From Patescibacteria group bacterium (GTDB lineage Bacteria > Patescibacteriota > Patescibacteriia > Patescibacteriales > UBA12465): a DNA stretch of 64,000 nt. The stretch is from the NCBI GenBank assembly GCA_023229115.1, contig JALNZW010000001.1:134861-198860 (forward strand). Reading direction: 5' to 3'. Position numbers and translations under genes: made by a program. The notes beneath the pieces are model-generated. The model did not search any database. It was not told where the DNA came from and saw only the letters and a list, made by a program, of their open reading frames with translations. Positions 42,715 through 53,115 of this stretch are shown here, piece by piece (the stretch's first letter is position 1; the number at the start of each line of letters is the position of its first letter).

Positions 42715-44784
42715 TTATATTTCAATATCTATTTTGTAGACAATATTATCATTGAGAATATAAATAGCTTTATCTTCGTTGGTGACAAAATCCTTTAAGT
42801 TGTTAAAAAGAGGAGAGTAATATTGCTTGATAAAATCCCCAGTATTTTTGTCAAAGATTATTATTCTTTTTTCTGTTTTTTCGGAAACATATATATATTT
42901 ATCACTTAATTTAATGTTGTTAGCTTGGGTAGTTGTTGGATCTATTTTATCTGTTTCAAAATCTTTTTTTATGCCTTCGTGATATTTAAAAATGTTTCCA
43001 TCTTCATTTAAAATAAAAATGCTAGAATCTACGCTAATTGATGTTGTTTTTTCTGGTTGATCTTGTTCTACCCAAGGACTGGGAGTTTTATATTCTCCGT
43101 CTTCTAGATTGTAGCGAAATATTTGGTTTTTTTCAGAGTTTAGTAAATAGATCCTGTTATTAGTGTAAACATCAAAAGATTTAATTTGAGAAAAATCTTC
43201 AATATTTATTTTTGTATAGTTTATTTTTTTGTTTTTATCTATTTTAACTACTTGCTTGTCATTAATAAACAGGGAATTATTATCTGGGTCATTGGCTGAT
43301 ATTATTTTACTTGATTTTAAATCCTCGGATTCAAGTAAGACAGAACTTAAATCATCCTTACCAATAAGATATATTTTGCCATTTTTAGGGTCACTGACAT
43401 AGATATTTTCTCCGGACATTGATATAGCAGATGTTTCTATTTGATTGTCGAGTAATGACAAGTTGCTTAGCTCTATGGGGTCAATTTTAGTCATTTTTCT
43501 AATTTGATCAACATGTGATTGTAGTTTTTCTTCTATTTCTTTGATATTAGAAACTTTATCCCTTTCTTTGTCGCTGAGGTTGGATATTTTATCTCTTAAA
43601 TTATTTATTTCTTCTAGTGCCTGATCTTCATTATAAATAATAAAAGCCTCGATTTGTTTTTGTTTTTGATTTAATTCTTCTTCAATATTAGCAATATTTT
43701 CTTGTTCTTCTATTTTTTTCTCTTTTCTGTTTTTATTGTAAATGTTTCCTCCTAAAGCAGCTATTAGCATCACTAGTAAAAATATAAATATTTTTCTTTT
43801 TTTATATTTATTTTCTCCAGATTGATTAATTATGTTTAAATCCGTATTTCTTTCTCTTTTATTTTTATTTCTTTTAATGTTGCTAATTTTTTTAAATAAA
43901 AATGAAAAAATATTTATTTTATTAAAAAATTTTGCTACAGATAAGCTAATATTTTTTTTATCAATACTGCCAGTGTTGGTTAATAATTTTTCTGTTTGAC
44001 TTTCGGCTTGATGTAAATGATTATTTTCTGGTCTAAAGTCTTGTTTGTTTTCAGTTAAACAAGAATTTTTCATTTTTTCTTCTAATAAACAATTTTTAAT
44101 AATTAAACCAGAGAAGTTAGAGTAATTATTTATTTTTAGTAAATTATTTTTAATTTGTTCCCGGGCTCCTTCCAGGTTAAGTTTGTCTATTATTTCTATG
44201 AATTCTTTATTTAAAAGATATTCCGAGAGGGAAGGGTTGCTGATTATGATATAGGAGTTATTAGGTATTTCTCCGCTAATAATTGAAGAAAATATCTTGT
44301 TATCATGTTGCTCTTCTTGGTCTTCTTCGGGATTGATGTCGCTAATTTCATAATCTTCTTTTATTTTTCTAATCAAAAATGATTTATTAGCCCCACAATT
44401 AGATAGATATATTTCTCCTTCATAAATTACACCTGTTGTAATATTTAAATCTTTAAAGTCAATGTTTATTTTCTCTTTATCTAGGTGGTCAATTAGATTC
44501 TTTCCGGTTTTCACCAGAGCTGCTTCAAAAAAAGACTCTATTTTTAGGCTAGTTAGCTGTTCACTTAAAATCATCTTGTCGTTTAGATAGTAGTTATTAT
44601 TGAGAGATTCAATAATAAGATTGGCAATTTCTTTTGATTTTTGATTTGGCCTATTAATTTCTATCAAAGCAAAAAGATGACCAAATTTTAACTTTTCGTC
44701 ACAATCACTGTCTATTTTTTTAGACTGTACTAAACTTTTGTCTAGGTTGTTGTTAATATTTATACTGGATATTTTAATAAACAT
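42715..44784 (-). CDS. Bitopic membrane protein: N-terminal cytoplasmic domain (possibly degenerate PP2C-like), coiled coil, extracytoplasmic beta-rich (propeller-like) domain
   Basis: 689-aa ORF with a single TM segment IFIFLLVMLIAALGGNIY near aa 335. An E/K/Q-rich heptad region follows. The C-terminal 250 aa have repeated short beta-strand patterns (IYV.D..NGKIY, IYLLNSEKNQIFRY, IFILNEDGNIFKY, IYVSEKTEKRIIIFD). Domain calls are tentative. Confidence 0.5.
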   Translation of the reverse strand: MFIKISSININNNLDKSLVQSKKIDSDCDEKLKFGHLFALIEINRPNQKSKEIANLIIESLNNNYYLNDKMILSEQLTSLKIESFFEAALVKTGKNLIDHLDKEKINIDFKDLNITTGVIYEGEIYLSNCGANKSFLIRKIKEDYEISDINPEEDQEEQHDNKIFSSIISGEIPNNSYIIISNPSLSEYLLNKEFIEIIDKLNLEGAREQIKNNLLKINNYSNFSGLIIKNCLLEEKMKNSCLTENKQDFRPENNHLHQAESQTEKLLTNTGSIDKKNISLSVAKFFNKINIFSFLFKKISNIKRNKNKRERNTDLNIINQSGENKYKKRKIFIFLLVMLIAALGGNIYNKNRKEKKIEEQENIANIEEELNQKQKQIEAFIIYNEDQALEEINNLRDKISNLSDKERDKVSNIKEIEEKLQSHVDQIRKMTKIDPIELSNLSLLDNQIETSAISMSGENIYVSDPKNGKIYLIGKDDLSSVLLESEDLKSSKIISANDPDNNSLFINDKQVVKIDKNKKINYTKINIEDFSQIKSFDVYTNNRIYLLNSEKNQIFRYNLEDGEYKTPSPWVEQDQPEKTTSISVDSSIFILNEDGNIFKYHEGIKKDFETDKIDPTTTQANNIKLSDKYIYVSEKTEKRIIIFDKNTGDFIKQYYSPLFNNLKDFVTNEDKAIYILNDNIVYKIDIEI

Positions 44785-44790
44785 AAGCTA

Positions 44791-44819
44791 TTGACAAAAT
44801 TTTATAATTATTATATAAT
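44791..44819 (+). promoter_or_regulatory. Consensus promoter (TTGACA-17-TATAAT) for the wHTH gene / glycan locus
   Basis: TTGACA at 44791-44796, a 17-nt spacer, and TATAAT at 44814-44819. Confidence 0.6.
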
Positions 44820-44864
44820 TTTATTGATTATTTATAAAAAAAACCAATAAAATAAACAAAAAAT

Positions 44865-45557
44865 ATGTTAGAAAAAATTTTTGGCTCAAAAGCCAGGGTA
44901 AAAATCTTAAAAGCTTTTTTAATGAGGCCTGATGAAAAATTTTATATTAGGCAGTTAGCCCGAGATTTAAAACTTCAGGTAAATTCAGTTAGAAGAGAAT
45001 TAATCAATTTAGATGATTTTGGCCTTTTATATTCAGATGATAACACGAAAAGCGCTTCTTTGTCTAGTATTGATAAGTCAAATTTAGACAAGAGTGATGA
45101 TGGGGCTGTAGACGAAGATTTAAAAAATGAAGCGTCACAGAAGAAAGAAATTAAAACAAGAAATATTAGAGAAAAAAAATATTATCAATTAAATAAAAAT
45201 TTTATTCTTTTTTCTGAAATTAAGTCTTTGATTGTAAAATCTCAAATATTGTCTGGCGAAAGTTTTATTAAAAAATTAAAACTAATCTGTGATCCCAAGT
45301 TTATTCTTTTAGGGGGGATGTTTTTGAATAATGATAATGCTCCAACTGATGTTCTGATTGTGGCTGACGTGGAAAAAGAAAAATTAATGAAAATCATCCA
45401 AGATTTAGAATTTGAATTAAATAAGGAGGTTAATTTTACAGCTATGGATGAAAAAGAATTTAGATATCGACAAGAAGTGGCTGACGTTTTTTTGCATGGC
45501 GTTTTAAATTCTAAAAAAATAGTTTTACTAGATAAAATTTTGGATGTTAAAAAATAA
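44865..45557 (+). CDS. Winged-helix (ArsR/MarR-like) transcriptional regulator with C-terminal nucleotidyltransferase-like domain
   Basis: FGSKARVKILKAFLMRPDEKFYIRQLARDLKLQVNSVRRELINLDDFGLL is a typical wHTH; 230 aa. Confidence 0.65.
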   Translation: MLEKIFGSKARVKILKAFLMRPDEKFYIRQLARDLKLQVNSVRRELINLDDFGLLYSDDNTKSASLSSIDKSNLDKSDDGAVDEDLKNEASQKKEIKTRNIREKKYYQLNKNFILFSEIKSLIVKSQILSGESFIKKLKLICDPKFILLGGMFLNNDNAPTDVLIVADVEKEKLMKIIQDLEFELNKEVNFTAMDEKEFRYRQEVADVFLHGVLNSKKIVLLDKILDVKK

Positions 45558-45569
45558 AATTATAAATAA

Positions 45570-47540
45570 ATGAATAATTTTAACAAAAATATTAACGATT
45601 TAGAAGTTAAAAAAGAACTTAATTATTTTAGAGGAATAATTAATGTTTTTTTATTTTTATTTTTTTCTTTTTTATTTTGTTTTTTGGTTTATTCTTTTTT
45701 TGTTTTGTTTAAAATTAATAAAATTTATTCCAATGTTAATTCTGGTCAAAAAAATATAGAAGAATCTTTGCAGTTGTTTAAAGATGGAGATTTTTCTAGA
45801 GCTACTCTTGTAGCCCAGGAATCTCATCAAGACTTTCTTGAAGCGTCACAAAGTTTAGATTCTTTGTCTAACTATTGGCCTTTAAATAAAATTTTATTTT
45901 TTCAGAATAACTTTAATGATTTTAAATATTTAACTAAAACAGCTGAGATATTAAGTTCTTCAGCTGAAAAATCTTTTTTTATAGCCCAAGAAATTGAAGA
46001 TATTGTGGCTGGTAAAAGATTTGATAATTTTTTAGAGTTTAGCGAAGATGAAAAAAGAAGAATTTTAAAACTTCTTTATGAAAACTCGCCAGAATTAAAT
46101 GGAATTAAGGCTAATGTTGACTTGTCTCTATTTTATTTGGAAAAGGCTGAAAATAATAGTTTTTTATCAAAATATGTGCCACAAATCAAACAATTAAAGG
46201 AATATCTTAATACTTCGTCTAATCTTTTGTCTAATTTAGCCTCTTTTTCAGCGGTTATTCCTAGCCTGGCCGGTTATCCAGAGCCAGTCAGTTATTTGAT
46301 AGTTTTACAAAATAACAATGAGCTAAGAGCAACCGGTGGTTTTATTGGTAGCTATGGTGTTATGGAGCTTAGTTTGGGTGATATTATCAAACTAGAAACA
46401 AATGATGTCTATCATTTAGATATGCCGGCTAGTTTAAATAAAGATTTTAATGTTTTACCACCTGAGCCAATTAAAAAGTATTTGGGGGTTGATCGTTGGT
46501 TTATGCGTGATTCAAATTGGTCGCCGGATTTTCCAACTAGTGCTAAAAAAATAAAATGGTTTTATGAACAAGAAATGGTGGCCGCTGGAAGATCTTCGGA
46601 GCTTATTGATGTTTCTGGTTTAATAGCCATCACTCCAAGAATGATAACTGATCTTTTGTATATAACTGGACCAGTAGAGGTTGATGGTCAAACTTATGAT
46701 AAGGATAATTTTGTTGAAGTTTTACAATATGAAGTTGAAATGGCTTTTAGAGAAGAGGGGGTGTCAGAATGGAATCGAAAAAATATTATTGGTGATATTG
46801 TTAAAGAAATAAAAATAAAACTTTTTAATTTGCCTTCTGAAAAGTGGTTAGAGCTAATGGATGTTTTTAATCAAAATATAGATCGTAAAAATTTTTTGGT
46901 TTATTTGTTTGATGATTATAAAAGAGAGGTCTCTCAATCTTTTGCTTGGGAAGGAGAAGTAAAAAAAACTGACAGTGACTTCTTGATGGTAATTGATTCA
47001 AATTTAGCCGCTTTTAAAACTGACAGAGTGATGGAAAAAAATATCTTTTATAGCTTGGAAGAAAAACCGGATGGCATTTTTTCTCAGGTGGATATTTATT
47101 ATAAAAATAATGGATGGTTTGATTGGCAAACTACTAGATATCGAACTTATACTAGGGTTTATATTCCTAAAGATAGTCAATATTTAGAAGCTAGTGGTTT
47201 AAGTGCTGGTGATGTTTACTCTTCTAGCGATAATGAAATAGAAAATCCTAAAGGATTATTAGGCGCTTTTATATCTATAGAGCCTGGAGAGCAAAAAATT
47301 TTATCATTTCAATATAGTTTAGCTGATAGTATTTTAAAAGATATTAATGATAAAAAATATTATTCTCTGCAAGTTCAAAAACAGGCAGGAAGTGAAATTC
47401 AGGAATTTAAGGCTAATTTAAAATTTCAAAGAAAGATTATTGGTTTTGAAGGCGAGGGTGATATTTTAATTAAAGAAAATGAGTTAACTTGGACTAATAA
47501 ATTAGATAAAGATTATAAACTTAAAATTTATTTTGAATAA
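45570..47540 (+). CDS. DUF4012 domain membrane protein (short form)
   Basis: NNELRATGGFIGSYGVMELSLGDI and RWFMRDSNWSPDFPTSAKK parallel the motifs of the 5215-8013 protein. It has an N-terminal TM segment. Confidence 0.7.
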   Translation: MNNFNKNINDLEVKKELNYFRGIINVFLFLFFSFLFCFLVYSFFVLFKINKIYSNVNSGQKNIEESLQLFKDGDFSRATLVAQESHQDFLEASQSLDSLSNYWPLNKILFFQNNFNDFKYLTKTAEILSSSAEKSFFIAQEIEDIVAGKRFDNFLEFSEDEKRRILKLLYENSPELNGIKANVDLSLFYLEKAENNSFLSKYVPQIKQLKEYLNTSSNLLSNLASFSAVIPSLAGYPEPVSYLIVLQNNNELRATGGFIGSYGVMELSLGDIIKLETNDVYHLDMPASLNKDFNVLPPEPIKKYLGVDRWFMRDSNWSPDFPTSAKKIKWFYEQEMVAAGRSSELIDVSGLIAITPRMITDLLYITGPVEVDGQTYDKDNFVEVLQYEVEMAFREEGVSEWNRKNIIGDIVKEIKIKLFNLPSEKWLELMDVFNQNIDRKNFLVYLFDDYKREVSQSFAWEGEVKKTDSDFLMVIDSNLAAFKTDRVMEKNIFYSLEEKPDGIFSQVDIYYKNNGWFDWQTTRYRTYTRVYIPKDSQYLEASGLSAGDVYSSSDNEIENPKGLLGAFISIEPGEQKILSFQYSLADSILKDINDKKYYSLQVQKQAGSEIQEFKANLKFQRKIIGFEGEGDILIKENELTWTNKLDKDYKLKIYFE

Positions 47541-47542
47541 AA

Positions 47543-48925
47543 ATGACTAATTTTTATAATAAAAAATATTATTGGTTTTTATTGTTAATTCCTGTTTTTT
47601 TGTTTTTGTTATCTTTAACTGAAATTAATTATTTAGTTTCAAGTTTGGCCTTAGTTTCCTTATTTTTTTTATTTATTTTATTTTTAAAAATAGAGATTGG
47701 TTTATATTTAATAGCCTTCTCTTTGCCTTTGATAGGGATAGCTTTTAAGATTAATTTTTTAGAATTGCCCTTGGTTGATTTACTAGCCTTATTTGTTTTG
47801 TTGGCTTTTATTTTACGCGAAATTTATCTTTATTTTTATGACAAGTCCAAAAGTAAATTAATTTATCCTTTCTTTTCTTATTTTATTGCTTTTTTTTCTA
47901 TTTGTTTACTCTCCTCACTGCTAAGCGAAAATATTATCAGCTCTCTTTGGTATTCTTTCCGTTGGATTTTGTTTTTTTATTTGGCTTTTATTCTGGTTCC
48001 AGTCAATGTTATTAAAGATGGTAGAATTTTAAAAAATATTATAATTTTATTTAGCTTATCTTCTTTAATTTTAGCTGGCTTCGGTGTGTTTTCTCTTTTT
48101 CTTCAGGATTGGCAAGATTCTTTTTTTAGAGTTCAGCCAATTTCTGTTTTTGCTTATCCTATTTTTGGTAATAATTATAATTTATTATCTGAAATACTTT
48201 TGTCCTCTGGGTTTTTAATTTTATCTTTAAAGCATTGGTTTAAAAATGAAAGATCTTCTAGATTTATAAACATTCTTTCTGTTTTTTTACTTTTAACAGC
48301 TTGGCTGACTTTTGGTCGCACAGCTTGGATAAGTATAACTCTTCAGATAATTGTTTATATCTCTATTTATTTTTTAGTGATTAAAAAGAAAAAAATTGAC
48401 TTTAAATCTGTGATATTAGTTTTACTTTCTTTTCTGGTGATTGCTTCTCCCTTTATTTTTAAAATGTTTTCCTTGCAAGAAGCTAATATTAGCTCTACAC
48501 AAAATAGATTGCTTTTGACTGACATTGCTTTTAAAGCTTTTGAGAACAAGCCATTACTGGGTTATGGAACCGGTAATTTTGTTAATTTGGTGGCTAATAA
48601 TATTAGGTTTGTCTCTAAATATGGAGATCCACTTGATTCTCATGGTGTTTGGCAGAAATTATTGGCTGAGAATGGAATTTTGGGGCTTATTTTATTTGCT
48701 TTATTTTCTTTTGTGATATTTAGAAAAATTTATTTAGGTGTTTTAAAAAATAGCAATGATTACAAGCTTTTATTACCTTTGTTTGTTGCTTCTTTTGGTG
48801 TTTATTTTTATCAATTTTTTAACACTTCTTATTACAAGGGTAGAGTTTGGTTGCCAATATCCTTAGCTTTAGTAGCCTTAATTTTGGTCGAAAAAAGAAA
48901 TAAGTTGAAACAAAATGAACAATAA
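47543..48925 (+). CDS. O-antigen ligase / Wzy-like polytopic membrane protein
   Basis: About 10-12 TM segments with a Wzy_C-like loop (FGRTAWISITLQ ... GYGTGNF); 460 aa. Confidence 0.65.
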   Translation: MTNFYNKKYYWFLLLIPVFLFLLSLTEINYLVSSLALVSLFFLFILFLKIEIGLYLIAFSLPLIGIAFKINFLELPLVDLLALFVLLAFILREIYLYFYDKSKSKLIYPFFSYFIAFFSICLLSSLLSENIISSLWYSFRWILFFYLAFILVPVNVIKDGRILKNIIILFSLSSLILAGFGVFSLFLQDWQDSFFRVQPISVFAYPIFGNNYNLLSEILLSSGFLILSLKHWFKNERSSRFINILSVFLLLTAWLTFGRTAWISITLQIIVYISIYFLVIKKKKIDFKSVILVLLSFLVIASPFIFKMFSLQEANISSTQNRLLLTDIAFKAFENKPLLGYGTGNFVNLVANNIRFVSKYGDPLDSHGVWQKLLAENGILGLILFALFSFVIFRKIYLGVLKNSNDYKLLLPLFVASFGVYFYQFFNTSYYKGRVWLPISLALVALILVEKRNKLKQNEQ

Positions 48926-50006
48926 AAAAATTAAAATTTTATATATCATTCCTTCTTTGGCTTCTGGTGGGGCTGAGAAATTTATCCTGGATTTAGTTAA
49001 TAACTTAAATCACGATATTTTTGAAATTAAAGTATTAGCTTTTAATGGTGGTGGTTTTTTTGAAGAAGAATTTATTAAAAGAAATATAAATTTAAAAATA
49101 TTAAAAAAGAAATTTAAATTGGATCTTTTTAATTTTTATCAAATTTGTAAAGAAATAAAATTTTTTTCGCCAGATATAGTTCACACTCAATTGGGTGGAG
49201 ATATTTATGGAAAGATAGCTGCTAAATTAATGGGGGTAAAAAAAATAGTTTCAACCGAGCAAAATGTTTTAGATAATGATAATTTTATTGTTAGATTTTT
49301 TAAAAAAATAACTGCTAACTTTTCTGACAAAATTATAGTTATTTCTAATTCGGTTAAAAAAGATGTTGTTAATAGATACAAGATTGATGAAAATAAAACT
49401 ATTTTAATACCAAATGGAGTTGACTGTTCTTTATTTGACGCTTCTCAACAAATAAAAAAAGGCAATTCGTTAGTATTTGGCTCTATTGGCAGGTTAAATG
49501 AGCAAAAAAATTTTTCTTTACTAATAAAAGCTTTGGCTCATTTTAAAGATAAGGACTTTTTGTTCTTAATAGTTGGTGAAGGTGAATTAAAAGAAGAACT
49601 GGAAAATCAAATATCAACCCTTTCTTTATCTAATAAAATTAAATTACTTGGAACAAAAAAAGATGTATTTTCTTTTTTGAGCTCTTTGGATTTTTTTGTC
49701 CTACCTTCTAAATGGGAAGGTTTGGGTATTGTTTTACTGGAAGCTGGTTTAGCGAAATTGCCAGTTTTAGCCTCGGCCACTGGTGGTATTTTAGATATTA
49801 TTATTGATAATAAAACTGGCATTTTGTTTAAAAACAATGATTTAAGTGATTTAATTCTTAAATTAAAGTATTTTTTTGATGATCAAAACAGAGAAAATTT
49901 AAGGTTTATGTCTAATAATTTATATAATTTGGTTAAAAAAGAGTTTGATATTAGAGTTGTTAGTCAAAAGTATACTACTTTTTATTTAAGTCTTTTAAAT
50001 GAATAA
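48915..50006 (+). CDS. Family-4 glycosyltransferase
   Basis: SGGAEKF N-terminus and PSKWEGLGIVLLEA E-x7-E region. It overlaps the upstream gene by 11 nt. Confidence 0.8.
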   Translation: MNNKKIKILYIIPSLASGGAEKFILDLVNNLNHDIFEIKVLAFNGGGFFEEEFIKRNINLKILKKKFKLDLFNFYQICKEIKFFSPDIVHTQLGGDIYGKIAAKLMGVKKIVSTEQNVLDNDNFIVRFFKKITANFSDKIIVISNSVKKDVVNRYKIDENKTILIPNGVDCSLFDASQQIKKGNSLVFGSIGRLNEQKNFSLLIKALAHFKDKDFLFLIVGEGELKEELENQISTLSLSNKIKLLGTKKDVFSFLSSLDFFVLPSKWEGLGIVLLEAGLAKLPVLASATGGILDIIIDNKTGILFKNNDLSDLILKLKYFFDDQNRENLRFMSNNLYNLVKKEFDIRVVSQKYTTFYLSLLNE

Positions 50007-51219
50007 TATGAAGATATTACAGGTTAATAAGTTTAATTATATTCGGGGTGGTGCAGAGAAATATTTTATTGATCTGTCCAAGGAGTTGGAAAGGGAGGGG
50101 CATGAGGTGGCTGTTTTTTCCATGAAGCATCCTAAGAATTTTAAATCTAAGTGGGAAAAATATTTTGTTTCTCGGATTAGTTTTAATGAGGCTAGTTTGA
50201 GGGATAAGTTGTTAGCTCCTTTTAGAATTCTATATAGTTTTGAAGCTAAAATAAAATTTAAAAAATTAATTAAAGATTTTAAGCCCGATATAATTCATAT
50301 TCACAATATTTATCATCAAATATCACCCTCGATTTTAAGTGTAGCTAAAAAATATAAAATTCCAGTAGTTATGCATGTTCATGATTATAAATTAATCTGT
50401 CCAAATTATCAGTTGTTCGTTGATAATCAAATTTGTTATAGGTGTCGAGGTGGTAAATATTATAAATGCTTAAAACATAAATGTTTTAAAAAATCTTATT
50501 TGAAAAGTTTTTTGGCCGCAATTGAAATGTATTTTCATCATAGAATATTAAATATTTATTTTAAAAATATAGATTTATTTATAGCCCCTAGTAATTTCAT
50601 GAAAGAAACTATTGTTAGTTTTAAGGTTCCAGAAGAAAAAATTAAAGTTATTTATAACTTTACCGTTATCAATCAAGTTGAAAATCAAGGTGGTGATTAT
50701 GGTCTTTATTTTGGTCGTTTATCAAGCGAGAAAGGTATCGATGTTTTGCTTAAAGCTCTTGCTTTATCTAAGAGTGATTTAAAAATTAAAATAGTTGGCT
50801 CTGGTCCCGAAGAAAAACAATTAAAAACTCTTTGCGATAAATTAAAGCTTAATAATAGGGTTGAATTTTTGGGTTATAAGTTGGGTGTTGAATTGGAGCT
50901 TATTATTAAAAATGCAAAAGTTATTTTTATGCCTTCAATTTGGGCGGAAAACATGCCTCTTTCACTTTTAGAATCTTTGTCTTTTTCTAGGGTGGTGATT
51001 GCTTCTAAGATAGGTGGAATGTCTGAGTTGATTGAAGATAATAAGAGTGGTTTTTTATTTCAAAATGGTGATTTTAAAGCCTTAGCTAGTAAGATAGACA
51101 GCTTAGAACATTGTGACTTAAGGCAGATTGGTCAAAGAGCTAGAGAGAAGGTTTTAGATTTAAATATTAATAAGCATTTAGAAGAAATTTTAAAAATTTA
51201 CAAACAGTATGTTAAATAA
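49999..51219 (+). CDS. Family-4 glycosyltransferase
   Basis: RGGAEKYF N-terminus, GRLSSEKG, and PSIWAENMPLSLLES. It overlaps the upstream gene by 8 nt. Confidence 0.8.
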   Translation: MNNMKILQVNKFNYIRGGAEKYFIDLSKELEREGHEVAVFSMKHPKNFKSKWEKYFVSRISFNEASLRDKLLAPFRILYSFEAKIKFKKLIKDFKPDIIHIHNIYHQISPSILSVAKKYKIPVVMHVHDYKLICPNYQLFVDNQICYRCRGGKYYKCLKHKCFKKSYLKSFLAAIEMYFHHRILNIYFKNIDLFIAPSNFMKETIVSFKVPEEKIKVIYNFTVINQVENQGGDYGLYFGRLSSEKGIDVLLKALALSKSDLKIKIVGSGPEEKQLKTLCDKLKLNNRVEFLGYKLGVELELIIKNAKVIFMPSIWAENMPLSLLESLSFSRVVIASKIGGMSELIEDNKSGFLFQNGDFKALASKIDSLEHCDLRQIGQRAREKVLDLNINKHLEEILKIYKQYVK

Positions 51220-52972
51220 AAAAAATATTTTAATTTTTAAATTTTTATTTATATTTAGCTTTGTTTTTTTTAACTCAGTTGAAGCTTCTGATATATTAAA
51301 TAAAGCTAATAAACTTTCAGCTAAATCACCTAAATTAGCCAATATTTTTCTTTCCTGGGATTTGAACGATGAAGATGTTTTAAATTTATCAAAATGGGAT
51401 TTAATAATTTTGGACATGGAACATCAGTTTAATAATCCCGACAAAATTAAAAAAATTAGAGAACTTAATCCCGATATTATTATTTTAGCCTATATTAGCT
51501 CTCAAGAGATTAGAAATGATGTTTATCTATATGATTATTTGCATTTAAGAAAAGAAATTCTGGAATCGATACCCGATAGTTGGTATTTGAAATTTGATAA
51601 TAAAAAAATAAGTTTTTGGCCAGAGACGTGGATGCTTAATTCTAGTAATTTAGGAGCGACTGTTGACGATAAAAGATGGAATGATTTTTTGCCAGAATTT
51701 GTAAGCTCTAGAATAATAGCTTCTGGTGTTTGGGATGGGGTTTTTTTTGACAATTTTTTTGACTCTATTAATTGGCTGAATGAGGGAAATATTGATTTAA
51801 ATAATGATGGTTTTAAGGATTCTTCTATTTCTGTAAATTCTGCTTGGCAGGAGGGAAATATAAAAATCTTAAAAAAAACCAGAGAATTGATTGGCTATGA
51901 TTATATAGTTTTAATAAACAGCTCTTCCTTTGCTCCTTATCAGAAATATGTTAATGGTCGAGTATTTGAAGACTTTCCGATCTCTTTCGAGGGTGATGGT
52001 TCATGGCAGGCTAATATCAATTCTTATCAATCAATTTATAATTTAAATACAAGTCCCAAGTTTTATATTTTTAATTTAACTAATAATAGTTTTTCTGATT
52101 ATGAAAAAATGCGTTATGGACTGAGCACTTCTTTGTTTTTTAATGATGTTTATTTAAGTTTTGATGATAGTATAGAAAACCATGGCCAAACTTGGGTATA
52201 TGAAGAATATAATTTTGATCTTTCTTCATTTAATAAAAACGCTTATCAAATTGGAAAAACAAATATTTGGCGCAAAGATTTTCGCTATTTTTCATCTTTA
52301 GTGAATATTGGCTCACAGGAGGAATTGTTCGAATTAACAAAAGATGAAAAACAAATTTATGATTGGTATCCAGAAAGAAATATAAAAATCAAACCTTTTT
52401 CATCAATAATAATAGAGCCTATTTTAAAACTTGATGGAACTTGGTTAAATAAAACGCGATATCAAGCTTTTAATTATTTAGGAAGGATAACTCATTCTAA
52501 TTATGTTATTAATAATAATGATTTTACAGAAAAGGCTATCATTAATTATCAAGAGGGAAGACAAGAGTTATTGTCGGCAGATTTAAGTGAATTAAGTAAA
52601 TTTAGAGAGAATAAAATTGATTCTAACAATAATGGTTTTTTAGAAAGAGTTGAAGGTTCGGTTACTGGTAATAAGTCTTTGGTAAAAATTTTTAATCAAG
52701 AAAATAAATTAGTTGGAATATTTAGAGCTTTTCCTGATCAATTTAAATGTGGGGCTAAGGTTTCTGTTGGCGACATCGATGGTGATGGTCAAGCAGAAAT
52801 AGTTACACTCCCAGATTGGGGTGGCCCACATGTTCGTATTTTTGATTTTTTTGGCAATCTAAAATATGAATTTTTCGCTGGAGATAAAAAAAATAGATCT
52901 TTCTATGATTTAAATTTGAGAGATATTGATTTTGATGGTCAAAAAAAAGAAATATTAATAGCAACATATTAA
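51209..52972 (+). CDS. Secreted glycoside-hydrolase-like TIM-barrel protein (GHL/GH114-like, tentative) with C-terminal FG-GAP repeats
   Basis: Signal peptide FIFSFVFFNSVEA. LSKWDLIILDMEH...NPDIIILAYIS and WDGVFFDNF resemble putative glycosyl-hydrolase-like families. The C-terminus VSVGDIDGDGQAEIVTLPDWGGPHVRIFD is an FG-GAP repeat. Confidence 0.45.
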   Translation: MLNKKNILIFKFLFIFSFVFFNSVEASDILNKANKLSAKSPKLANIFLSWDLNDEDVLNLSKWDLIILDMEHQFNNPDKIKKIRELNPDIIILAYISSQEIRNDVYLYDYLHLRKEILESIPDSWYLKFDNKKISFWPETWMLNSSNLGATVDDKRWNDFLPEFVSSRIIASGVWDGVFFDNFFDSINWLNEGNIDLNNDGFKDSSISVNSAWQEGNIKILKKTRELIGYDYIVLINSSSFAPYQKYVNGRVFEDFPISFEGDGSWQANINSYQSIYNLNTSPKFYIFNLTNNSFSDYEKMRYGLSTSLFFNDVYLSFDDSIENHGQTWVYEEYNFDLSSFNKNAYQIGKTNIWRKDFRYFSSLVNIGSQEELFELTKDEKQIYDWYPERNIKIKPFSSIIIEPILKLDGTWLNKTRYQAFNYLGRITHSNYVINNNDFTEKAIINYQEGRQELLSADLSELSKFRENKIDSNNNGFLERVEGSVTGNKSLVKIFNQENKLVGIFRAFPDQFKCGAKVSVGDIDGDGQAEIVTLPDWGGPHVRIFDFFGNLKYEFFAGDKKNRSFYDLNLRDIDFDGQKKEILIATY

Positions 52973-53028
52973 AATAACTTAGTCAAATTTATGATAAAAA
53001 TAGCTTATTTTAAAGCCTTTTTTAACTA

Positions 53029-53057
53029 TTGACATTTTTTTTAATATGTGATATACT
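53029..53057 (+). promoter_or_regulatory. Promoter (TTGACA-17-TATACT)
   Basis: TTGACA at 53029-53034, a 17-nt spacer, and TATACT at 53052-53057. Confidence 0.5.
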
Positions 53058-53115
53058 TATCAGTTAAGTTTGATTTTTTATTCAAAATAAATTTTAAAAA
53101 TTTAAATAAAAAAAT

